From: Eledone cirrhosa
Lineage: Eukaryota
Assembly: GCA_964016885.1 (NCBI GenBank)
Contig: CAXHJY010001280.1
Location: forward strand, 1-14,470
DNA: 14,470 nucleotides
Direction: 5' to 3'
Shown here: one piece after another, positions 1 to 10,070 of the stretch
Layout: the number at the start of each line of letters is the position of its first letter
How positions within the stretch are numbered: the stretch's first letter is position 1
The notes under the pieces: generated by a model
Told to the model about the DNA's origin: nothing
Seen by the model: only the letters and a program-made list of their open reading frames with translations
Databases searched by the model: none
Program-made: the position numbers and the translations under genes

Positions 1-1
1 T

Positions 2-2653
2 CTAACAGACGACAAGGACTTCCTAATCATTGCAGGAGATTTTAACGGACACGTAGGTAAACACTGCGACGGCTTCAATAGAGTACATGGAGGCCATGGA
101 GTTGGCACAAGGAATGAGGAAGGATTCAGACTTCTAGAATTCTGCGACGCCAATGACATGTCGATATGTAACACAAACTTTAAAAAACCCGACAACCACC
201 TGATCACCTATAGATCAGGGGAGCACTCTAGTCAGTTAGATTTTATTCTCATCAGAGGACGTGACAGATGGACGGTCGTAAACACAAAAGCCTTCCCTAG
301 TGAGGAATGTACATCCCAACATAGCTTAGTTGTCAGCGACCTCACGGTCAGAACTAGACGAGCCCTGAAACAGAGGCCAACCTGGAGAAGAAAGATCTGG
401 AAGCTGAAAGTCCCCTCAACCAGTAACAGATTTAAAGATATTTTACTCAACGCCTACGACAGTAAAGAAGAACAGATAGAGACATTTAACGTAGAAGAGA
501 ACTGGGAGTTCCTAAAAAATAACTTACTAGAGGCGACGGATGAGGTTTGTGGCTGGAGTAAGACCTCAAGCAGGAGGAGAGTGACTTGGTGGTGGAACAA
601 TAAGGTAGATGAAGCAGTCAAGGCCAAGAGACAGGCATGGAAAGAATGGAAGAACGGGGGGAGCAGGGTACATTACATAGAGACCAAGAGGGAAGCTAGG
701 CGACAAGTATACTTAGCTAGGAGGGAAGCAGAGGATAGAAAATTCAAGCATGTTTTACAACGTGAGGACCAGAAACAGGAGGTATTCAAGATTGCGAGGC
801 AGTGTGTCAGAGATAGTTGTGATGTCATTGGAGAGAAGTGTATCCGGAATGATAAAGGTGAGCTTGCCCTCACAAGTGCTGAGAAGAAAGATGCATGGAA
901 GAGTCATTATGATAGATTACTAAATGAGGAGAATGCATGGGAAGAAGAGACCCTACCCCACGTAGACCCTATAGAGGGACCAGCAGTACAAGTCAGCGGC
1001 AGCGTAGTAAGTAAGGCAATCAGAGATATGAAGATAGGGAAGGCAACCGGTCCATCGGGTATAGCTGCCGAGATGCTGAAGGCATCTGGGTCTGTAGGTC
1101 ACACTATAACCACACGTATCGTTAACCAGGTAATACTAGAGGGGGCCATACCAAAAGATTGGTGCAGTAGCATCATTGTCAACTGCTACAAAGGTAAAGG
1201 CGATGCACTAGATAGAGGAAACTATAGAGGTATAAAGTTGATGGACCAGGTCATGAAAGTAACAGAAAGAGTTATAGCACAGCTGATTAGGGACCGGGTG
1301 AATATAGACGAGATGCAATTTGGGTTTGTTCCAGGGAAAGGCACCACTGATGCGCTCTTCCTTGTGAGGCAATTACAGGAAAAGTACCTAGCTAAAAGTA
1401 AGCCACTCTACTTGGCATTTGTCGACCTTGAGAAAGCCTTTGACAGAGTTCCACGTGCAGTAATCTGGTGGGCTCTTAGAAAACTAGGAGTAGATGAATG
1501 GCTTGTGAAAGCGGTACAAGCCATGTATAGGGGAGCAGTCAGCAAAGTTAGGATTGGCAATGAGTATAGCGAGGAATTTAGCGTACAGGTTGGGGTCCAC
1601 CAGGGCTCTGTTCTTAGCCCTCTCCTGTTCATCATAGTCCTGCAGGCAATAACGGAGGAGTTTAAGACCGGATGCCCATGGGAACTCCTGTATGCTGATG
1701 ACCTCGCACTCATAGCTGAATCTATGGTAGAACTAGAGAATAAATTCCAAACCTGGAAGCAGGGACTAGAGAGAAAGGGCCTCAAAGTCAACATGACAAA
1801 GACTAAGGTCCTTATAAGTAGACGAGAAAACAGAACCCAGATCCCCTCAGGGAAATGGCCTTGCTCAGTATGTAGGAAAGGTGTAGGTAGGAACTCCATT
1901 CTTTGCCCCAAATGCAAACAATGGGTACACAAGAGATGTAGCGGGATCTCAGGAAGCTTAATTAAGAATGTAGGATTCACATGCAGCAGCTGTGCTGAAA
2001 CAGCAAGCAAACAGCCACAGGAAACAAGTACCACCAATCTCTGGGAGGGCCCTGTAGAAACAGTAGACAGCTTCTGCTACCTAGGTGACCGAATTAGCAA
2101 CGGAGGTGGGTGCTCAGAAAGTACAATAACTAGGGTAAGAACGGGATGGAAGAAGTTTAGGGAACTACTACCACTGCTAGCTGCAAAAGGCTTCTCCCTC
2201 AGAATGAAAGGCAGACTGTATGATGCGTGTATCCGAACAGCGATGTTGCATGGTAGTGAGACCTGGGCGCTGAAGGTGGAAGACTTACGTAGATTAGAGA
2301 GAAACGAAGCCTGCATGCTCCGATGGATGTGTAACAGTAATATACGTGAACGACAAAGCATAAATGAATTGAGAGAGAGACTGAGCATAAGAGGAATCAA
2401 ATGCTGCGTGCAGGAGAGGCGGTTACGCTGGTATGGACATGTGATGCGTATGAAGGATGACAGCTGCATAAAAAGGTGCAGAGCACTAGAAGTTGATGGA
2501 AACCGCGGAGTGGGGAGACCCAAGATGACTTGGGATGAGGTGATAAGAGCCGACCTTACCCAACTACACCTCTCAAAGTCAATGACACACGACCGTGACT
2601 TCTGGCGTCACGCAGTAATACAGGGTACCCGACCTCCCATGGGTACATGCTGA
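2..2653 (+). CDS. RTE ORF protein, 5'-partial: apurinic-like endonuclease + reverse transcriptase + internal PHD-like finger
   Basis: The frame is open from base 2 (LTDDKDFLIIAGDFNGHVG...RNEEGFRLLEFC), upstream of the ATG at 158. APE motifs GDFNGHVG, SQLDFIL and SQHSLV. RT motifs NYRGIKL, QFGF, FVDLEKAFD, QGSVLSP, YADD (1691-1702) and FCYLG. RTE C-terminal RRLRWYGHV and GRPKMTW. No stops or frameshifts. Confidence 0.95.
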   Translation, partial: LTDDKDFLIIAGDFNGHVGKHCDGFNRVHGGHGVGTRNEEGFRLLEFCDANDMSICNTNFKKPDNHLITYRSGEHSSQLDFILIRGRDRWTVVNTKAFPSEECTSQHSLVVSDLTVRTRRALKQRPTWRRKIWKLKVPSTSNRFKDILLNAYDSKEEQIETFNVEENWEFLKNNLLEATDEVCGWSKTSSRRRVTWWWNNKVDEAVKAKRQAWKEWKNGGSRVHYIETKREARRQVYLARREAEDRKFKHVLQREDQKQEVFKIARQCVRDSCDVIGEKCIRNDKGELALTSAEKKDAWKSHYDRLLNEENAWEEETLPHVDPIEGPAVQVSGSVVSKAIRDMKIGKATGPSGIAAEMLKASGSVGHTITTRIVNQVILEGAIPKDWCSSIIVNCYKGKGDALDRGNYRGIKLMDQVMKVTERVIAQLIRDRVNIDEMQFGFVPGKGTTDALFLVRQLQEKYLAKSKPLYLAFVDLEKAFDRVPRAVIWWALRKLGVDEWLVKAVQAMYRGAVSKVRIGNEYSEEFSVQVGVHQGSVLSPLLFIIVLQAITEEFKTGCPWELLYADDLALIAESMVELENKFQTWKQGLERKGLKVNMTKTKVLISRRENRTQIPSGKWPCSVCRKGVGRNSILCPKCKQWVHKRCSGISGSLIKNVGFTCSSCAETASKQPQETSTTNLWEGPVETVDSFCYLGDRISNGGGCSESTITRVRTGWKKFRELLPLLAAKGFSLRMKGRLYDACIRTAMLHGSETWALKVEDLRRLERNEACMLRWMCNSNIRERQSINELRERLSIRGIKCCVQERRLRWYGHVMRMKDDSCIKRCRALEVDGNRGVGRPKMTWDEVIRADLTQLHLSKSMTHDRDFWRHAVIQGTRPPMGTC
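1862..1993 (+). other. C4HC3 PHD-like zinc finger embedded in the RT domain
   Basis: CSVC-x10-CPKC-x4-H-x2-C-x14-CSSC, with the WVH motif typical of PHD fingers. The same pattern occurs in family B (10760-10891, minus strand). Confidence 0.8.
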
Positions 2654-2948
2654 AGCATATAAACAATATGCCCCCCCCCCCCCACCGCAAGGTGGTCGTG
2701 GAGGTGCCACGGCAAAAAAGCACCCAGCCCACACTGTAAAGTGGACGTGTAGGCGCCACGAAAAAGCACCCAGCACTCACTGTAAATGAGGTTGGTGTTA
2801 GGAAGGGCATCCAGCTGTAGAAATCAAGCCAGATCAGTTCCTGTATGAGCAAGGCATGGTCAGCCGACCAGACACTGCCCACAACAGGACAACCCGTCTA
2901 ACCCATGCTAGCGTGGAAGAACGGACGTAAAACGGTGATGATGATGAT
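2654..2948 (+). other. Family A 3' UTR: poly-C, GNRA hairpin, two imperfect ~48-nt tandem units, terminal stem-loop, (GAT)n tail
   Basis: C13 run, then hairpin CCACC-GCAA-GGTGG (2682-2695). Units at 2697-2745 and 2746-2791 share CGTG..AGG.GCCACG..AAAAAGCACCCAGC..CACTGTAAA. The UTR recurs in copy 2 (8948-9249), differing only in poly-C and tail length. Confidence 0.85.
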
Positions 2949-2987
2949 ATATATATGTATATGTATTTATATATGTATATGTATATG
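2949..2987. repeat. Short (TA)n/TG microsatellite spacer between the RTE tail and the Penelope-like element
   Basis: ATATATATGTATATGTATTTATATATGTATATGTATATG. Confidence 0.9.
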
Positions 2988-3008
2988 TGGTCCACGACCC
3001 GACAACAG

Positions 3009-4901
3009 GACCACCAGACAGTCGACGACCCGACAACAGGACCACCAACAAGACCTGTATGCGGAGCTAATATAGCTAGCAACTACAGGATCTCCTACTT
3101 CCTCTCAATGGTTATACGCCCCATAATCAAGATGTCCCCAGATGTATGTGAAAGTACAGAGGACCTCCTCAGCAGAATCAGTGAGTGCAACAAAAACAGG
3201 AGCCTATCCAACTGCATAATAGGCAGCATGGATGTGGTGTCACTGTACCCATCCATTAACATTGATTTTGCTGTGAAAAGATGTGTGGAGATGATCATTG
3301 AGAGTGAGGTGGAGTTCTGCGACGTCGACACAGACGAACTGGGCCTCCTACTTAGACTTACCTACGACACTGACTACCTAGACAGCCATGACCTTAGATG
3401 TCTCTGCCCGAGTAGACCTATAAGAGGTAGACCCCCCACCATAACCTCAATGGCTAAAAAGACTCCCATAGGAAGGTGGATTGGGTGGACCAAAGCTATA
3501 CGGACCCCCCAAAACACTGATCAGGTAAGAAAAATGGTCGCACATGCAATAGGGGCTAGTATCAAAACTACCCTAAAGGGCCACATATTTAAGCTCAATG
3601 AGAAAATCTACACCCAAAATGAGGGAGCAGCCATCGGCGTCAGCATAGCTGGCGATGTTGCCAACCTTTTCATGGTATGGTGGGAAAGGAGACTTAAAGA
3701 TCTCCTTAATGAAAGCTCCATAGACCTCATCATGTACTCTCGTTATGTAGACGATATCAATATAGTTATAAGAACACCCCCACTAGAGAGCACTAACAAG
3801 TTTGATTTAGAACGTAGCACGATGGAAAGCATCCAGCAGATAGCTAATTCCATACACCAGAGTATAACTGTAACTATAGACTTCCCTTCCAAACACCCTA
3901 ACAATAGACTACCTGTATTAGACACAGAACTCTGGATTAACACTATAGACGAGAGAGCCCAAATTCTCCACTCACACTATGCTAAACCCATGGCCTCCAA
4001 ATACCTGATACTCAAAAACTCAGCAATGTCCAGTAGTGCTAAGTTTAATATTCTGATCGCAGATTTGGTACGAGTGATGAAGAATGTGTCCAGCATGTGC
4101 GACCCAACAGAAATGGAAGGACACATCCAACACTTCATCAACCGCATGCAGTTCTCTGGCTACAACCAAAGAGACAGAGTCAGAGTATACGAAGGAGCCA
4201 TGGAAAAGTATAAGACCCTCATAGAACTGGACATGAAAGGAATTTGCCCACTATACAGGAGCAAATCATGGAATAGCTTAGATAGGGCTAGACATAAGAT
4301 AGGGAAGGCCACATCATGGTACGACAACCAGAGATATCAGAGTGTCATGTTTGTGGACGCCACCCCTGGAGGGAAATTAGCTAACCAGTGTAGAAAGGCC
4401 CTGAGAAAGACCCACTTAAAAATAAAGGTGGTAGAAAAGCCAGGAACCACCATAAAATCCCTGATCAGCAAAACCTACCCTTTTAAGAAAACCCACTGTA
4501 CCAATAGGAAATGTATCATATGTAAGGTGAACCCCCGGATAAACTGTATAACTAGAAACGTAGTCTATAGCATAAGATGTACAGAGGGTACTTGCAGAAA
4601 CATGACAACAACATACATAGGTGAGACAGCTCGTAGCATAGGTGAAAGGATAGACCAACAGTGGGGGGAACTAAAAGGACGAAAAAACGGGTCAGTACTA
4701 TACGAACATGCTAGACAACAACATGACGGTAACATAGACAACATAGAAATTAGAATAATATCTAAACATAGGAATGACCCAGCAGATAGGCAAATCAGAG
4801 AGGCCAGTGAAATAGAAATTAGAAGACCAAAGCTAAACAGAAAGTATGAGTGGAACAACAACAACACCCAAACAAACAACACTGACCTAAGAGAAGTATA
4901 A
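3009..4901 (+). CDS. PLE RT-GIY-YIG polyprotein, N-terminally truncated (the MYMYLY start at 2955 is microsatellite)
   Basis: DHQ...GPPTRPV (RT motifs 1/2), SMDVVSLYPSI (A), QNEGAAIGVSIAGDVANLFM (B'), RYVDD at 3741-3755 (C), LPVLD (E). Cys knuckle CTNRKCIIC..NC. GIY-YIG VVYSIRC..C..YIGETARS..ER..REA..I..P.LN. Ends in TAA with no internal stops. Confidence 0.9.
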   Translation, partial: DHQTVDDPTTGPPTRPVCGANIASNYRISYFLSMVIRPIIKMSPDVCESTEDLLSRISECNKNRSLSNCIIGSMDVVSLYPSINIDFAVKRCVEMIIESEVEFCDVDTDELGLLLRLTYDTDYLDSHDLRCLCPSRPIRGRPPTITSMAKKTPIGRWIGWTKAIRTPQNTDQVRKMVAHAIGASIKTTLKGHIFKLNEKIYTQNEGAAIGVSIAGDVANLFMVWWERRLKDLLNESSIDLIMYSRYVDDINIVIRTPPLESTNKFDLERSTMESIQQIANSIHQSITVTIDFPSKHPNNRLPVLDTELWINTIDERAQILHSHYAKPMASKYLILKNSAMSSSAKFNILIADLVRVMKNVSSMCDPTEMEGHIQHFINRMQFSGYNQRDRVRVYEGAMEKYKTLIELDMKGICPLYRSKSWNSLDRARHKIGKATSWYDNQRYQSVMFVDATPGGKLANQCRKALRKTHLKIKVVEKPGTTIKSLISKTYPFKKTHCTNRKCIICKVNPRINCITRNVVYSIRCTEGTCRNMTTTYIGETARSIGERIDQQWGELKGRKNGSVLYEHARQQHDGNIDNIEIRIISKHRNDPADRQIREASEIEIRRPKLNRKYEWNNNNTQTNNTDLREV

Positions 4902-5150
4902 ATAAGTAAATAAAATTAAATAAAATAAGATAAATAAATACATACACAAGCACATAAACACACACTAGTCACCCAGCAGACACAACACTATACACACTAG
5001 TCACACATAACACTATACACACACGCAAACGCATGCGCAAAGAAGACAAAATAAAATAAGATAAACAAACAAGCAAATAAATAAATAAATATATAGACAG
5101 ACTGAACAAAAAAAAAAATGGCGTAGACATACAACACAACAGGAGGAACA
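4902..5150 (+). repeat. A/C-rich low-complexity 3' UTR of the PLE
   Basis: AAAT/AAAC runs, CA-rich tracts (repeated CACACTAGTCAC) and a poly-A run at ~5107-5118. Confidence 0.65.
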
Positions 5151-5154
5151 ATGA

Positions 5155-5212
5155 ATATAACACCACTGACGATGTTGCAGATGTGCAACGAAAGATTTAT
5201 GTAAATTATGTA
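5155..5212 (+). ncRNA. Putative minimal type I hammerhead ribozyme in the PLE pLTR
   Basis: CUGACGA (5166-5172), U, stem II GUUGCA/UGCAAC closing a GAUG loop, GAAA (5190-5193), then GAUUUA. Stems I and III are weak. Minimal hammerheads are an established feature of PLE pLTRs. Confidence 0.72.
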
Positions 5213-5420
5213 AACTATATATATGTTTTTGTGTCTATATTGTATCTGTATTATTTTTGACCGCCGGTCAGTCAATGGCAACATTGAGGACCGAGTAAGT
5301 TAGATTGCAGATATATATATATAAAAGACAGCGAGAAGCGAAAACCAACCAAACAGTGAGTGTGTTCTGTTATTAATTCTGGCAATATTACGCAAATATG
5401 ACCCTCCCCAAATATAACAA

Positions 5421-6849
<1,429 letters not shown>

Positions 6850-6917
6850 CAGTTCCCGTCCCACCCTTGCAAGCAGGGAAAAAGTGGACGTAAAATGATG
6901 ATGATGATGATGATGAT
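6850..6917 (+). mobile_element. Extremely 5'-truncated 3' tail of RTE family B (or of a SINE sharing that tail)
   Basis: CCCGTCCCACCCTTGCAAGCAGGGAAAAAGTGGACGTAAA+(ATG)n nearly matches the reverse complement of 10083-10124. Confidence 0.88.
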
Positions 6918-8205
<1,288 letters not shown>

Positions 8206-9249
8206 ATGCAAACAATGGGTACACAAGAGATGTAGCGGGATCTCAGGAAGCTTAATTAAGAATGTAGGATTCACATGCAGCAGCTGTGCTGAAACAGCAA
8301 GCAAACAGCCACAGGAAACAAGTACCACCAATCTCTGGGAGGGCCCTGTAGAAACAGTAGACAGCTTCTGCTACCTAGGTGACCGAATTAGCAACGGAGG
8401 TGGGTGCTCAGAAAGTACAATAACTAGGGTAAGAACGGGATGGAAGAAGTTTAGGGAACTACTATCACTGCTAGCTGCAAAAGGCTTCTCCCTCAGAATG
8501 AAAGGCAGACTGTATGATGCGTGTATCCGAACAGCGATGTTGCATGGTAGTGAGACCTGGGCGCTGAAGGTGGAAGACTTCCGTAGATTAGAGAGAAACG
8601 AAGCCTGCATGCTCCGATGGATGTGTAACAGTAATATACGTGAACGACAAAGCATAAAGGAATTGAGAGAGAGACTGAGCATAAGAGGAATCAAATGCTG
8701 CGTGCAGGAGAGGCGGTTACGCTGGTATGGACATGTGATGCGTATGAAGGATGACAGCTGCATAAAAAGGTGCAGAGCACTAGAAGTTGATGGAAACCGC
8801 GGAGTGGGGAGACCCAAGATGACTTGGGATGAGGTGATAAAAGCCGACCTTACCCAACTACACCTCTCAAAGTCAATGACACACGACCGTGACTTCTGGC
8901 GTCACGCTGTAATACAGGGTACCCGACCTCCCATGGGTACATGCTGAAGCATATAAACAATATGCCCCCCCCCCCACCGCAAGGTGGTCGTGGAGGTGCC
9001 ACGGCAAAAAAGCACCCAGCCCACACTGTAAAGTGGACGTGTAGGCGCCACGAAAAAGCACCCAGCACTCACTGTAAATGAGGTTGGTGTTAGGAAGGGC
9101 ATCCAGCTGTAGAAATCAAGCCAGATCAGTTCCTGTATGAGCAAGGCATGGTCAGCCGACCAGACACTGCCCACAACAGGACAACCCGTCTAACCCATGC
9201 TAGCGTGGAAGAACGGACGTAAAACGGTGATGATGATGATGATGATGAT
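8206..9249 (+). mobile_element. RTE family A copy 2, 5'-truncated (corresponds to 1912-2948 of copy 1)
   Basis: Collinear with copy 1 at offset 6294. By eye there are 5 substitutions, C11 versus C13, and a longer (GAT)n tail. Confidence 0.95.
8207..8947 (+). pseudogene. C-terminal fragment of the RTE family A ORF, starting mid-PHD finger and lacking the catalytic RT core
   Basis: CKQWVHKRC...TRPPMGTC*, with P>S, L>F, N>K and R>K changes relative to copy 1. Confidence 0.9.
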
Positions 9250-10070
9250 ATATATTATATATATGTGTATATATATTATATATATGTGTATATATATTAT
9301 ATATATGTGTATATATATTATATATATGTGTATATATATTATATATATGTGTATATATATTATATATATGTGTATATATATTATATATATGTGTATATAT
9401 ATTATATATATGTGTATATATATTATATATATGTGTATATATATTATATATATGTGTATATATATTATATATATGTGTATATATATTATATATATGTGTA
9501 TATATATTATATATATGTGTATATATATTATATATATGTGTATATATATTATATATATGTGTATATATATTATATATATGTGTATATATATTATATATAT
9601 GTGTATATATATTATATATGTGTATATATATTATATATGTGTATATATATTATATATGTGTATATATATCATATATGTATATATATTATGTGTATATATA
9701 TTATGTGTATATATATTATGTGTATATATATATGTGTATATATTATATATATGTGTATATATATTATATATATGTGTATATATATTATATATATGTGTAT
9801 ATATATTATATATATGTGTATATATATTATATATATGTGTATATATATTATATATATGTGTATATATATTATATATATGTGTATATTTATTATATATATG
9901 TGTATATATATTATATATATGTGTATATATATTATATATATGTGTATATATATTATATATATGTGTATATATATTATATATATGTGTATATATATTATAT
10001 ATATGTGTATATATATTATATATATGTGTATATATATTATATATATGTGTATATATATTATATATATGTG
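9250..10070. repeat. 21-bp minisatellite ATTATATATATGTGTATATAT with a central patch of 19- and 17-bp units
   Basis: 7-codon periodicity (MCIYIIY)n; shorter units at ~9610-9745. Confidence 0.93.

Larger units (their letters stand above)
1..2948 (+). mobile_element. RTE-clade non-LTR retrotransposon (family A, copy 1); 5' part lies outside the window
   Basis: Single APE+RT ORF, ~280-nt 3' UTR and a (GAT)n tail at 2935-2948, the typical RTE/BovB-like layout. It abuts a TA repeat. Confidence 0.93.
2988..5420 (+). mobile_element. 5'-truncated Penelope-like element (PLE), probably Naiad-type, inserted in (TA)n
   Basis: RT + C-terminal GIY-YIG ORF, an A/C-rich 3' region, and a hammerhead core at 5166-5193 as expected for a pLTR. 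Flanked by TA repeats on both sides. The clade assignment is inference from the long motif A-B' insert and the Cys linker. Confidence 0.88.

Noticed and set aside
232-2882. Minus-strand ORFs over the RTE (e.g. 1408-2037, 2077-2523) and similar antisense ORFs over the other elements
   Set aside because: Antisense shadows of the real reading frames with no recognisable motifs.
5150-5190. Possible SECIS element (AUGA...GA) in the PLE 3' UTR
   Set aside because: No apical AA motif or convincing helix, no in-frame TGA in the visible ORF, and the sequence is better explained as a hammerhead core.
5263-5300. Superficial similarity to the HDV ribozyme (GCCGG..GGCAACATT..GAGGACCG)
   Set aside because: I could not build the nested double pseudoknot. 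Simple hairpins explain the pairing.
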